Part shown: positions 22,126 through 31,413 of the stretch, piece by piece
Numbering within the stretch: the stretch's first letter is position 1
How the letters are laid out: the number at the start of each line of letters is the position of its first letter
Source: an uncultured Actinomycetota bacterium
GTDB lineage: Bacteria; Actinomycetota; Actinomycetes; JACCUZ01
Length of the DNA stretch: 64,000 nt
Direction of reading: 5' to 3'
Assembly: GCA_963723975.1 (NCBI GenBank)
Contig: CAVRTI010000006.1
Coordinates: forward strand, 4,259 to 68,258
Position numbers and translations under genes: made by a program
The notes under the pieces: generated by a model
Seen by the model: the letters and a program-made list of their open reading frames with translations, nothing else
What the model was told of the DNA's origin: nothing
Databases searched by the model: none

Positions 22126-23373
22126 GTGCCGGTCAGCCCCGAACCGGCGGATAGCCTGCCCGGATGGCGACTGGAGACCTCGGCGGAGAAACCCGTCCCT
22201 GTACGCCAGGTGAGCCAGCTGATGGCGCAGTGGATCGGGCGGCTCGGCTTCGTCTGGGTGGAGGGGCAGATCGCCCAGCTCTCCCGGCGTCCCGGCCAGC
22301 GCACCGCGTTCCTCACCCTGCGGGACAGCAGCGCGGACATGTCGCTGACCGTGACCTGCTCGGTGGCGCTGCTCGACGGGCCGGCGGCCGGGCTCACGGA
22401 GGGCGCGCACGTCGTCGTGCACGCTCGCCCGCAGTTCTACGCGGCGCGCGGCACCCTGTCGCTCCACGCCGACCAGGTCCGCCAGGTCGGCGTCGGCGAG
22501 CTGCTGGCCAGGCTCGAGCACCTGCGCTCGGTGCTCGCCGCGGAGGGCCTGTTCGCCGCCGACCGCAAGCGACCGCTGCCGTTCCTGCCGGGCGTCGTCG
22601 GCGTCGTCTGCGGCCGGGCGTCGGCGGCCGAGAAGGACGTCGTCGAGAACGGCCGCCGGCGCTGGCCGGCGGTGCGCTTCCGGGTCGAGGAGGTGGCGGT
22701 GCAGGGACCGACCGCCGTCACCGACGTCACCGCCGCGCTGCAGCGTCTGGACGCCGACCCCGAGGTGGACGTGATCGTCGTCACCCGCGGCGGCGGGTCG
22801 CTCGAGGACCTGCTGCCGTTCTCCAACGAGGCGCTGGTCCGCGCTGTGGCGGCCTGCCGGACCCCGGTCGTCAGCGCGATCGGCCACGAGGCCGACACCC
22901 CGCTGCTCGACCTGGTCGCCGACGTCCGGGCCTCCACCCCGACCGACGCGGCCAAGAGGGTCGTGCCCGACGTCGCCGAGGAGCTCGACCGGGTCGCCCA
23001 GCTCCGGCGGCGGACCGAGGCCGCGGTGCGCGGGCTGCTCGACCGCGAGGCCGCCGGCCTGCGCTCCTTGCGCAGCCGGCCGGTGATGGCCGACCCGCAC
23101 AACCTGCTCGTCCCCCGCGAGCAGGAGGTGACGGCGCTGCGCGACCGGTGCCGACGGGTGCTCACCGCCGCCCTGGACCGGGCCGGCGACAACCTCGCGC
23201 ACACCAGGGCCCGGGTGACCGCGCTGTCTCCCGCGGCGACCCTGGAACGCGGGTACGCCGTGCTGCAGCGCGCCGACGGTGCCGTCGTACGCCGGGCCAG
23301 CGAGGTCGCGGCCGGCGACCCGCTGCGGGCCCGGCTGGCCGAGGGCGAGGTCGCCGTGGTGGTCCAGCCGTAG
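22126..23373 (+). CDS. xseA: Exodeoxyribonuclease VII large subunit
   Basis: Intact 415 aa. [32 protein letters not shown]-fold N-terminus and the catalytic core [18 protein letters not shown]...[13 protein letters not shown]. Confidence 0.92.
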   Translation: MPVSPEPADSLPGWRLETSAEKPVPVRQVSQLMAQWIGRLGFVWVEGQIAQLSRRPGQRTAFLTLRDSSADMSLTVTCSVALLDGPAAGLTEGAHVVVHARPQFYAARGTLSLHADQVRQVGVGELLARLEHLRSVLAAEGLFAADRKRPLPFLPGVVGVVCGRASAAEKDVVENGRRRWPAVRFRVEEVAVQGPTAVTDVTAALQRLDADPEVDVIVVTRGGGSLEDLLPFSNEALVRAVAACRTPVVSAIGHEADTPLLDLVADVRASTPTDAAKRVVPDVAEELDRVAQLRRRTEAAVRGLLDREAAGLRSLRSRPVMADPHNLLVPREQEVTALRDRCRRVLTAALDRAGDNLAHTRARVTALSPAATLERGYAVLQRADGAVVRRASEVAAGDPLRARLAEGEVAVVVQP

Positions 23374-23374
23374 G

Positions 23375-23614
23375 GTGGCCGCCGTGCCCGAGGAAACGAC
23401 CGACCCCCGACCGACGTACGAGCAGGCCCGCGAGGAGCTCGTCGACGTGGTCCGCCGGCTGGAGACGGGTGCTGCGACGCTCGAGGAGTCGCTGGCCCTG
23501 TGGGAGCGCGGCGAGGCGCTGGCGGCGATCTGCCAGGAGTGGCTGGACGGCGCCCGCGCGAAGCTCGACGAGGCCGTGGCCCGCGACGGCAGCGGGACCG
23601 CTCGGTCCGGCTAG
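23375..23614 (+). CDS. xseB: Exodeoxyribonuclease VII small subunit
   Basis: GTG two nt after the xseA stop. TYEQAREELVDVVRRLETGAATLEESLALWERGEALAAICQEWL is the XseB signature. Confidence 0.88.
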   Translation: MAAVPEETTDPRPTYEQAREELVDVVRRLETGAATLEESLALWERGEALAAICQEWLDGARAKLDEAVARDGSGTARSG

Positions 23615-24187
23615 CGGGTCGGCAGCGCGGCGGCGAGGGCGCGCAGCTCCCGCCAGGACGCGCTGCCGGCGACCACCGTGGTGACCGGCTCCGCGTCGAG
23701 CACGAAGGCCCGCGGCGCGTGCTCGCCGCCCTCGAGCCGGCGCCACGGAGACACCGCCGATCCGGACTGTCCCGGCGGCATCGGCGTCGCCGACGAGATG
23801 GTCGAGGAAGCCCTCCGGGCCGCCGTCGCTCTGCTCCAGGGCGGCGTAGTCGCCCTGCGGCGTGACGAAGCCGATGTGCCAGGTCAAGGCGTCGCCCGCC
23901 CGGCCGGTGCGGGCGCTGGTGGCGCGCCAGGCGCGCGGCAACCCGACCGGCGCCAGGACGTCGTACGGCGCCCGGTCACGTGCCTGGTCCAGCGCTCCGC
24001 TGTAGTCGATCCGCCGCGCCTCGGCATCGGGCTCCGGTTGGGCGTTGAGCGCCACCACGACGAAGACGAGAACGAGGACGACGAGCAGCGAGCGCACCAT
24101 GTCGGCCGCGGTCTCCCGGCCGCGCCGGCGGCTCGGGGCCGGGTCGGGCGCCGGGGCCGTCGCGGTGGCCGGCTGCTGGTCGCTCAC
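23611..24187 (-). pseudogene. DUF4245-family membrane-anchored protein, one frameshift as sequenced
   Basis: MSDQQPATA...MVRSLLVVLVLVFVVVALNAQPEP anchor ...GTVRIGG, then SPWRRLEGGEHAPRAFVLDAEPVTTVVAGSASWRELRALAAALPTR stop in the other frame (shift near 23762). Its position beside xseB matches Rv1100 synteny. Confidence 0.75.
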
Positions 24188-24221
24188 CCCGCCATCCTCC
24201 CCGACCTGGCGAGGCCCGGGG

Positions 24222-25283
24222 TCAGGCGGGGTAGACCGTGGTCTCGGTCGCCTTGACCGTGGCCCAGACCTCCGAGCCGGGCCGGAGCCCCAGGTCGGCG
24301 ACCGCCAGCGGCGTGACGTCCGCGACGACGGGAACCGTGCCGTCCAGCGCCACCCGCACGGTGTCGCCGTGCGTCTCGACCGAGGTCACCCGCCCGGGCC
24401 AGCAGTTGCGGGCGCTGCCCTCGGGCTCGCGCCGGTGCAACGCCACGGCGCTCGGCGAGAACGAGACGAACACGTCGCCGTCGGCGTGGCCCGCGGAGGT
24501 CAGCGTCTCGCCGCGCGGCAGGTCGACCCGGCCGTCCACGGCACGGCCGCGCAGCAGGTTCAGCCCGACCAGCCGGGCCACGTAGTCGGTTCGCGGGTGC
24601 GCCGCGATCTCCCGGGGCGTGCCCTCCTGCACCACCCGGCCGTCCTCGAGCACGACCAGCCGGTCGGCCAGCACCATCGCGTCCAGCGCGTCGTGGGTGA
24701 CCACGACCGCTGCGCCGTCGTAGCCGGCGAGGTGCCGCCGCAGGTCGGCGCGCACCTCGAGCCGGGTGCCGGCGTCCAGCGCGGCGAGCGGCTCGTCCAG
24801 CAGCAGCAGCCGGGGGTCGGCGGCCAGCGCCCGGGCGAGAGCCACCCGCTGCCCCTGCCCGCCGGAGAGACGGCGCGGTCGCTGGCCGGCGTACCCGGCC
24901 ATCCCGACCCGGTCCAGCCAGGCGTCGGCCCGCGAGCGCGCCTCGGCCCGGGGCACGCCGCGGGCCCGCAGCCCGAACGCCACGTTCTCCCGTGCGGTCA
25001 GGTGCGGGAAGAGCAGGTAGTCCTGGAAGACCACACCGACCTCCCGCTGCTCGGGTGGCACCCGGACCCGGGCCACGGTGTCCTCGACCACCCGGCCGCC
25101 CAGCCGGACCAGCCCGTCGTCGACCGCCAACAGACCGGCCAGCAGGCGCAGCGCTGTGCTCTTGCCGGCGCCGTTCGGACCGAGCAGCGCGACCACCTCC
25201 CCGGACTGCACGGCGATCGCGAGGTCGAGGTCGAACGTGCCGCGCCGCACCCGGAGCTCGGCCTCGAGCTGGGCGTGGCTCAC
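24222..25283 (-). CDS. modC: Molybdate ABC transporter ATP-binding protein with C-terminal TOBE domain
   Basis: GPNGAGKST, LSGGQGQRVALARAL and LLLDEPLAALD. C-terminal TOBE-like barrel. GTG at 25283 gives a GTGA overlap with the modB stop. The ORF maximum start is 25304. Confidence 0.88.
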   Translation of the reverse strand: MSHAQLEAELRVRRGTFDLDLAIAVQSGEVVALLGPNGAGKSTALRLLAGLLAVDDGLVRLGGRVVEDTVARVRVPPEQREVGVVFQDYLLFPHLTARENVAFGLRARGVPRAEARSRADAWLDRVGMAGYAGQRPRRLSGGQGQRVALARALAADPRLLLLDEPLAALDAGTRLEVRADLRRHLAGYDGAAVVVTHDALDAMVLADRLVVLEDGRVVQEGTPREIAAHPRTDYVARLVGLNLLRGRAVDGRVDLPRGETLTSAGHADGDVFVSFSPSAVALHRREPEGSARNCWPGRVTSVETHGDTVRVALDGTVPVVADVTPLAVADLGLRPGSEVWATVKATETTVYPA

Positions 25284-26107
25284 GCGGTGGGGGTGGTCAG
25301 CCATCGGTCCCTCAGTCCGGCCAGCACGCCGACCGACACGAGGAGCAGGACCAGCGACAGCGCCACGGCGGCGGCGGGGTCCTGCTGAAGGGTGAGGTAG
25401 ACCTCGACCGGCATCGTCCTGGTCGTGCCGGGGAAGTTGCCGGCGAAGGTGATGGTCGCGCCGAACTCGCCGAGCGCCCGGGCCCAGCAGAGCACCGAAC
25501 CGGCTGCCACCCCTGGCGCGACGAGCGGCAGGGTGACCCGGCGGAACGTGTACCAGCGGGACGCACCGAGCGTGGCCGCTGCCTCGTCGTACCGGCGGTC
25601 GGATCCGCGAAGAGCGCCTTCGACGGCGATGATGAGGAACGGCATGGCGACGAACGCCTCGGCCACGACCACCGCCGCGGTGGTGAACGGCAGGGTGATT
25701 CCGAAGGCCTCGTCCAGCGGCCTGCCCACCAGTCCCTTGCGGCCGAGCGCAGCGAAGAGTGCGACGCCGCCGACGACCGGCGGGAGCACCAGCGGCACCA
25801 GGACGAGGGCGCGCAGCACGCTGCGGCCCGGGAAGTCACCGCGCGCCAGGACCCACGCGAGCGGTACCCCGAGAACCAGGCACAGCAAGGTGGCCGAGGT
25901 CGCACAGATCAGGGACAGCCGCAGCGCGGTCAGCGACTCCGACCGCGTGAGCACGTCGCCCAGCGTCGTCCACGGCGTGCGGACCACCAGCCCGATGACC
26001 GGGACGACCAGAAACAGCAGGGCCAGCGCTGCCAGCGGAACCAGCGGGGCGGGAAGTCCGGTGGTTCGCCGGGGGCGGCGCGCGACCGCGCCGGTATGGG
26101 TGCTCAC
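25280..26107 (-). CDS. modB: Molybdate ABC transporter permease
   Basis: GTG start overlapping the modA stop (GTGA). Six-helix MetI-type permease with EAAATLGASRWYTFRRVTLPL. Confidence 0.9.
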   Translation of the reverse strand: MSTHTGAVARRPRRTTGLPAPLVPLAALALLFLVVPVIGLVVRTPWTTLGDVLTRSESLTALRLSLICATSATLLCLVLGVPLAWVLARGDFPGRSVLRALVLVPLVLPPVVGGVALFAALGRKGLVGRPLDEAFGITLPFTTAAVVVAEAFVAMPFLIIAVEGALRGSDRRYDEAAATLGASRWYTFRRVTLPLVAPGVAAGSVLCWARALGEFGATITFAGNFPGTTRTMPVEVYLTLQQDPAAAVALSLVLLLVSVGVLAGLRDRWLTTPTA

Positions 26108-26880
26108 GGCAGCCGGAAACCGGCCTCGGCGAGCACCTTGCCGCCGGCCGCCGACCGCACCAGGTCGACGAAGGCCTGCGCCGCCGCGGCGTTCGGGGCT
26201 TCGGCGAGCACCGCGATCGGGTAGTCGTTGACGGCCCCGGTCGCCTCCGGGAAGTCGATGCCCTCGACCTTGTCGCCGGCCGCGAGCACGTCGGTCGCAT
26301 AGACCAGGGCCGCGTCGACCTCCCCGAGGGTGACCTTCGACATGGTGGCCTTCACATCCGCCTCCAGGGTGTCCGGAGCCGGCGTCACCTTCGCCGCGGC
26401 GAAGACCTTGTCGGCCGCAGCACCGCAAGGGACCTCCGGTGCGCACAGCGCGATGACGAGGTCCTTCCTGGCCAGGTCGGCCAGCCCGGTGACGCCGGCA
26501 GGGTTGCCCGCCGGCACGGCGATCTCCAGGGTGTTGCGGACGAAGGTGACCGGTTCGTCGGCGGTGTCGCCGGAGTCGGACACCAGCGCCATGGTCGTCA
26601 GGCTCGCCGAGGCGAAGACGTCAGCCGGAGCGCCCTGCTCGATCTGGGTCGCCAGCTCGGAGCTCGCCGCGAAGCTGAACGCCACGTCGGCGCGGGGATG
26701 CTGGGCCTCGAAGGCCCTGCCCAGCTCGGTGAACGACTCGGTCAGCGACGACGCCGCGAGCACGACGACTTCCCCGGAGATCGCCGAGCCGTCCGCCGCG
26801 CCGTCGCCTCCGCCGCAGCCGGCCAACGCGACCATCGGCAGGACAAGGGCGAGGCGGACCGCGCGACGGGCGAGCCACAT
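26104..26880 (-). CDS. modA: Molybdate-binding lipoprotein
   Basis: [24 protein letters not shown] lipobox. VVVLAASSLTESFTELGRAFE...GAPADVFASAS is typical of ModA. ATGA overlap with the upstream regulator gene. Confidence 0.9.
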   Translation of the reverse strand: MWLARRAVRLALVLPMVALAGCGGGDGAADGSAISGEVVVLAASSLTESFTELGRAFEAQHPRADVAFSFAASSELATQIEQGAPADVFASASLTTMALVSDSGDTADEPVTFVRNTLEIAVPAGNPAGVTGLADLARKDLVIALCAPEVPCGAAADKVFAAAKVTPAPDTLEADVKATMSKVTLGEVDAALVYATDVLAAGDKVEGIDFPEATGAVNDYPIAVLAEAPNAAAAQAFVDLVRSAAGGKVLAEAGFRLP

Positions 26881-27308
26881 CAGCGGGCCTGCGGGATCTC
26901 GACGACCACGTTGGTGGACTTCACTGCAGCCACCGCCAGGACGCCCGGCTCGAGGCCCAGCTCGTCGGCGGCCTCCCGGCTCATCAGCGACACCACCCGG
27001 TGCGGACCGCACTGCAGCTCGACCTGGGCCATCACGGTGTCCCTGGTGACCTTGGTGACGATGCCGCGGAACCTGTTGCGCGCGGACTGCGCGACGACGG
27101 CGCCCGGTCCGTCGGTGTCTGCCAGCGACAGCGCCGCCGCGGCCAGCACCCGCCCGTCGATGCCCTGCCGGCCGGACGGGTGACGGGTCGTCTCCAGCCG
27201 GCCGGCCTCCGCCCAGCGACGGACGGTGTCCTCGCTGATGCCGAGCAGCTCGGCCGCCTCGGAGATCTTGAGCACGTTCACGAGAACAGACCCTATCGCC
27301 GCATCCAC
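26880..27308 (-). CDS. MerR/excisionase-type HTH plus TOBE (molybdate-sensing) regulator
   Basis: [29 protein letters not shown], then the TOBE/Mop barrel [48 protein letters not shown]. Alternative GTG starts at 27281 and 27275. Confidence 0.8.
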   Translation of the reverse strand: MDAAIGSVLVNVLKISEAAELLGISEDTVRRWAEAGRLETTRHPSGRQGIDGRVLAAAALSLADTDGPGAVVAQSARNRFRGIVTKVTRDTVMAQVELQCGPHRVVSLMSREAADELGLEPGVLAVAAVKSTNVVVEIPQAR

Positions 27309-27415
27309 GGGTCATGGAAGCCTGCCCATCGCCGCATCTGCGGCTTTCGGAGCAGGGCTCGGGGCGCCGATACGATCGCGGACACGACGTACGCCGACGA
27401 GGGAGCCTGCGCACG

Positions 27416-28462
27416 ATGACCGAGACGCCCGATCCCACCACCGCCCCCAAGCCGCTGGCGACACCGCTCGAGGTTCCGGACCGAAACCTGGCCCTCGAAC
27501 TCGTGCGGGTCACCGAGGCGGCCGCGATGGCCGCCGGCCGCTGGGTAGGTCGCGGCGACAAGAACGGCGCGGACGGCGCGGCGGTCAACGCCATGCGCCA
27601 GCTGATCCACACGGTGAGCATGAACGGCGTCGTGGTGATCGGCGAGGGCGAGAAGGACGAAGCACCGATGCTGTTCAACGGCGAGCGGGTCGGCGACGGC
27701 AAGGGCCCGGAGTGCGACGTCGCGGTCGACCCCATCGACGGCACCCGCCTCACCGCGCTGGGTATGGGCAACGCGCTGTCGGTGATGGCGGTCTCGCCAC
27801 GCGGCTCGATGTTCGACCCGTCGGCCGTGTTCTACATGGAGAAGCTCGCCACCGGCCCCGAAGCCGCGGACGTCGTCGACATCCGGCTGCCGGTCGCCGA
27901 GAACATCCGGCGGGTGGCCAAGGCGAAGCACGAGTCGCCGTCCGACGTCACCGTCGTGATCCTGGACCGCCCCCGGCACGCGCAGATGGTCGAGGACGTG
28001 CGCTCTACCGGGGCCAGGATCAAGTTCATCACCGACGGCGACGTCGCCGGCGCCATCATGGCGGCCCGCGAGGGCACCGGTCTCGACCTGCTGGTGGGCA
28101 TCGGCGGCACTCCCGAGGGGATCATCGCCGCCTGCGCGATCAAGACCCTCGGCGGCGTGATCCAGGGCCGGCTCTGGCCGGCCGACGACGACGAGCGGCA
28201 GAAGGCGCTCGACGCCGGCCACGACCTCGACCGGGTCCTGGTGACCGACGAGCTGGTGCACGGTGAGGACGTGTTCTTCGTCGCCACCGGCATCACCGAC
28301 GGCGAGATGCTCAAGGGCGTGCGGTACGGCGGGGGCGGCACGGTCCGCACCCACAGCATCGTGATGCGTTCGCGCAGCGGGACGATCCGGATCGTCGACA
28401 GCGAGCACCGTCTGGACAAGCTGCGCGCCTACTCCGCCATCGATTTCGAGGGCACCACCTGA
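27416..28462 (+). CDS. glpX: Class II fructose-1,6-bisphosphatase
   Basis: Start MTETPDP inside ORF 27314..28462. [14 protein letters not shown]...[11 protein letters not shown]...VAVDPIDGT...GIGGTPEG motifs. Full length. Confidence 0.93.
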   Translation: MTETPDPTTAPKPLATPLEVPDRNLALELVRVTEAAAMAAGRWVGRGDKNGADGAAVNAMRQLIHTVSMNGVVVIGEGEKDEAPMLFNGERVGDGKGPECDVAVDPIDGTRLTALGMGNALSVMAVSPRGSMFDPSAVFYMEKLATGPEAADVVDIRLPVAENIRRVAKAKHESPSDVTVVILDRPRHAQMVEDVRSTGARIKFITDGDVAGAIMAAREGTGLDLLVGIGGTPEGIIAACAIKTLGGVIQGRLWPADDDERQKALDAGHDLDRVLVTDELVHGEDVFFVATGITDGEMLKGVRYGGGGTVRTHSIVMRSRSGTIRIVDSEHRLDKLRAYSAIDFEGTT

Positions 28463-28463
28463 G

Positions 28464-29459
28464 TCAGCCGGCGTCCAGGACCTCCTGCACGGCGTCGACG
28501 ACGGCCTGTGGCTGGTCCTGCTGGATGAAGTGACCGGCGCGGTCGACCCGACGCACCTGGCCCTGCGACGACAGCTCCGCCCACTGCTGCTGGCCGCCGG
28601 TCCACGCCGAGTCCAGGGCCGCCGCGTCACGAGGCCGCAGCTCACCGCCGAAGTCACTGATGCTGTGGGTGAGGGCGATGAGCGGGACGTCGCCGAGCGT
28701 GCCGAACGCCTCGGCGTCGGCGAACGCAGCCTCGCCGTCCAGGTGCTCGGCGTTGCGTTGTGGCTCCATCAGCTGCTGGAGACCGCGACGCACCTCGCTG
28801 CCGCGAGCAGGACCGGTCGGCAGGACGTCGAGCGCGGTCTCCACGTAGCCCGGCGGAGTCGCGTCGACGAGGACCAGCCCGGCCAGGTCGTCGGCGTGGT
28901 CCTGCGCCCACGTCACGGCGACCATGCCGCCCAGGCTGTGGGCGACAAGGACGACCGGGCGCCGCAGCCCGAGCTCGTCGACGACGCCGTCCAGGTCGTC
29001 GGCCATCCGCGCGAATCCCTGGCGTCGGGGTGCGGCCTCGCTGCCGCCGACACCGAGGCGGTCGTACGCGCAGACCCGGGAGAAGCTGCCGATCCGGGCC
29101 TGGACGTCGTCCCACGAGTCGTCCAGCGCGGTGTCGAAGCCGGCCACCAGCAGCACCGAGGGGTCCTTCCTGTCACCGGCGCACCGGGTCGCCAGCGCCT
29201 TGCCCCGCACGGTGACCTGCTCGACGGCCTCGAGCGCGACGTCGGACCCGCTGCTCGCGCCGTCGGAGGTCGCTGACCCGGAACCGGGACCGGACCCGCC
29301 GGTGAGGTCGCAGGCCGTCAGGAGCACGAGGGCGAGACCCGCCGCGGCCACTGCTCGCCTGCTCGCTCCGCCGCGCAACGCTGTTCCCGTCTCCTCGCCG
29401 TCAGCCGGCCGGCGGTCGCTGCTGCCGCTCGTGCTGCTCGTGCTGGTGGATCGCGTCAC
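28464..29459 (-). CDS. Alpha/beta-hydrolase lipoprotein
   Basis: Lipobox LVLLTAC, nucleophile elbow VLVAHSLGG and C-terminal [11 protein letters not shown]. The true start is probably downstream of 29459 (TTG 29378 or GTG 29351), because the 5' end overlaps a well-coding small ORF. Confidence 0.8.
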   Translation of the reverse strand: MTRSTSTSSTSGSSDRRPADGEETGTALRGGASRRAVAAAGLALVLLTACDLTGGSGPGSGSATSDGASSGSDVALEAVEQVTVRGKALATRCAGDRKDPSVLLVAGFDTALDDSWDDVQARIGSFSRVCAYDRLGVGGSEAAPRRQGFARMADDLDGVVDELGLRRPVVLVAHSLGGMVAVTWAQDHADDLAGLVLVDATPPGYVETALDVLPTGPARGSEVRRGLQQLMEPQRNAEHLDGEAAFADAEAFGTLGDVPLIALTHSISDFGGELRPRDAAALDSAWTGGQQQWAELSSQGQVRRVDRAGHFIQQDQPQAVVDAVQEVLDAG

Positions 29460-29583
29460 CGGCGTGGACCGGGTCCTCGAGCGCCTCGGCGTCCTCGTCC
29501 AGGTGGGCCGCGTCGGGCAGCGGCTTGTCCGGACGGGTCTCGCCCTGTTCCGGCGTCGGGCGCTCGCCCTGCTCGGCGGTCAT
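29401..29583 (-). CDS. Hypothetical small acidic protein (60 aa)
   Basis: [63 protein letters not shown] start. Nearly every codon ends in G/C by my count. It is hidden at the tail of shadow ORF 29401..30954. No family recognised. Confidence 0.4.
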   Translation of the reverse strand: MTAEQGERPTPEQGETRPDKPLPDAAHLDEDAEALEDPVHAGDAIHQHEQHERQQRPPAG

Positions 29584-29691
29584 GTCCGCACGGTACGGCA
29601 CCCGGGCACGACGAAGAACGGGTCGCCTACCCTGGCCGCGGTCGTACCGTCGTGCGGCCGCCGCACCGAGAAGCCCCGAGGACCGTCGACG

Positions 29692-31362
29692 ATGACCGAG
29701 TTCGCCTACTCCGACTTGCTGCCGCTGGGTCCCGACGAGACCGAGTACCGGCTGGTGACCGACGAGGGCGTCGAGACCTTCGAGGCCGGAGGTCAGCAGT
29801 TCCTGCAGGTCGCGCCGGAGGCGCTGACCCGGATCACCGACGAGGCGATGCACGACATCGCCCACTACCTGCGGCCGGCCCACCTCACCCAGCTGCGCCG
29901 CATCGTCGACGACCCGGAGAGCAGCGGCAACGACCGCTTCGTCGCGTTGGACCTGCTGAAGAACGCCAACATCGCCGCGGCCGGCGTGCTGCCGATGTGC
30001 CAGGACACCGGCACGGCGATCGTGATGGGCAAGAAGGGCGAGCGGGTGCTGACCGGGGGCGACGACGCCGAGGCCATCAGTCGCGGCGTGTACGACGCGT
30101 ACACCCGGCTCAACCTGCGCTACTCGCAGCTGGCCCCGCTGACGATGTGGGACGAGCAGAACACCGGGTCCAACCTGCCGGCCCAGGTGGAGATCTACTC
30201 GACGCCCTCCGCGGCGGACCCGGCGTACAAGTTCCTGTTCATGGCCAAGGGCGGCGGCAGCGCCAACAAGTCGTTCCTGTACCAGGAGACGAAGGCGGTG
30301 CTGAACCCCGAGCGGATGCTCGCCTTCCTCGACGAGAAGCTGCGGGCCCTCGGCACGTCCGCCTGCCCGCCGTACCACCTGGCCATCGTGGTCGGCGGCA
30401 CCAGCGCGGAGTACGCCCTGAAGACGGCGAAGTACGCGTCGGCCAAGTACCTCGACCAGCTTCCGACCCAGGGATCCCCCGCTGCGCACGGGTTCCGCGA
30501 CGTCGACCTCGAGGCGGAGGTCCTCGAGCTGACCCGAGGGTTCGGCATCGGAGCGCAGTTCGGCGGCAAGTACTTCTGCCACGACGTCCGCGTCGTGCGG
30601 CTCCCCCGGCACGGAGCCTCCTGCCCGGTGGCCATCGCGGTCTCCTGCTCCGCCGACCGGCAGGCACTGGGCAAGATCACCGCCGAGGGAGTGTTCCTCG
30701 AGCAGCTCGAGACCGACCCGGCACGGTTCCTGCCCGACACCACCGACGAGCAGCTCGACGCCGACGACAGCAACGTGGTGCGCATCGACCTGACCCGCCC
30801 GATGGAACAGGTCCGCGCGACGCTGTCGGCACTGCCGGTCAGGACCCGGCTGTCGCTGTCCGGGCCGCTGGTCGTCGCCCGGGACATCGCGCACGCGAAG
30901 ATCAAGGAGCGGCTGGACGCCGGCGAGCCGATGCCGTCCTACCTGCGCGACCACGCCGTCTACTACGCCGGACCCGCGAAGACGCCCGCCGGGTACGCCT
31001 CGGGTTCTTTCGGTCCCACGACGGCCGGCCGGATGGACTCCTACGTCGCGCAGTTCCAGGCCGCCGGTGGCTCGTTCGTCATGCTGGCCAAGGGAAATCG
31101 CTCAGCCCAGGTCACCGAGTCGTGCCGGACCCACGGCGGGTTCTACCTCGGCTCTATCGGCGGCCCGGGCGCCCGGCTGGCGCAGGACTGCATCAAGAGC
31201 GTCGACGTGGTCGAGTACGCCGAGCTCGGCATGGAGGCGGTCTGGAAGATCGAGGTCGAGGACTTCCCGGCGTTCGTCGTCGTCGACGACAAGGGCAACG
31301 ACTTCTACGCCGAGACCTCGCAGCCGGTGGCCCTGACCATCGGCCGCGGGCCGACGGGCTGA
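29692..31362 (+). CDS. Class I (iron-sulfur) fumarate hydratase, single-chain FumA/FumB type
   Basis: 556 aa from [66 protein letters not shown] and a C-terminal beta-subunit-like domain GPTTAGRMD...MLAKGNRS. Confidence 0.92.
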   Translation: MTEFAYSDLLPLGPDETEYRLVTDEGVETFEAGGQQFLQVAPEALTRITDEAMHDIAHYLRPAHLTQLRRIVDDPESSGNDRFVALDLLKNANIAAAGVLPMCQDTGTAIVMGKKGERVLTGGDDAEAISRGVYDAYTRLNLRYSQLAPLTMWDEQNTGSNLPAQVEIYSTPSAADPAYKFLFMAKGGGSANKSFLYQETKAVLNPERMLAFLDEKLRALGTSACPPYHLAIVVGGTSAEYALKTAKYASAKYLDQLPTQGSPAAHGFRDVDLEAEVLELTRGFGIGAQFGGKYFCHDVRVVRLPRHGASCPVAIAVSCSADRQALGKITAEGVFLEQLETDPARFLPDTTDEQLDADDSNVVRIDLTRPMEQVRATLSALPVRTRLSLSGPLVVARDIAHAKIKERLDAGEPMPSYLRDHAVYYAGPAKTPAGYASGSFGPTTAGRMDSYVAQFQAAGGSFVMLAKGNRSAQVTESCRTHGGFYLGSIGGPGARLAQDCIKSVDVVEYAELGMEAVWKIEVEDFPAFVVVDDKGNDFYAETSQPVALTIGRGPTG

Positions 31363-31413
31363 CAGGTTCGCGCGCGCCCGACTTCACGACCTACAGGGGC
31401 CCGTGGCCGTCGG

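Noticed and set aside
22164-23684. 506-aa Arg/Gly/Pro-rich ORF overlapping xseA and xseB
   Set aside because: It is an out-of-frame reading of two well-supported genes, with extreme Arg content.
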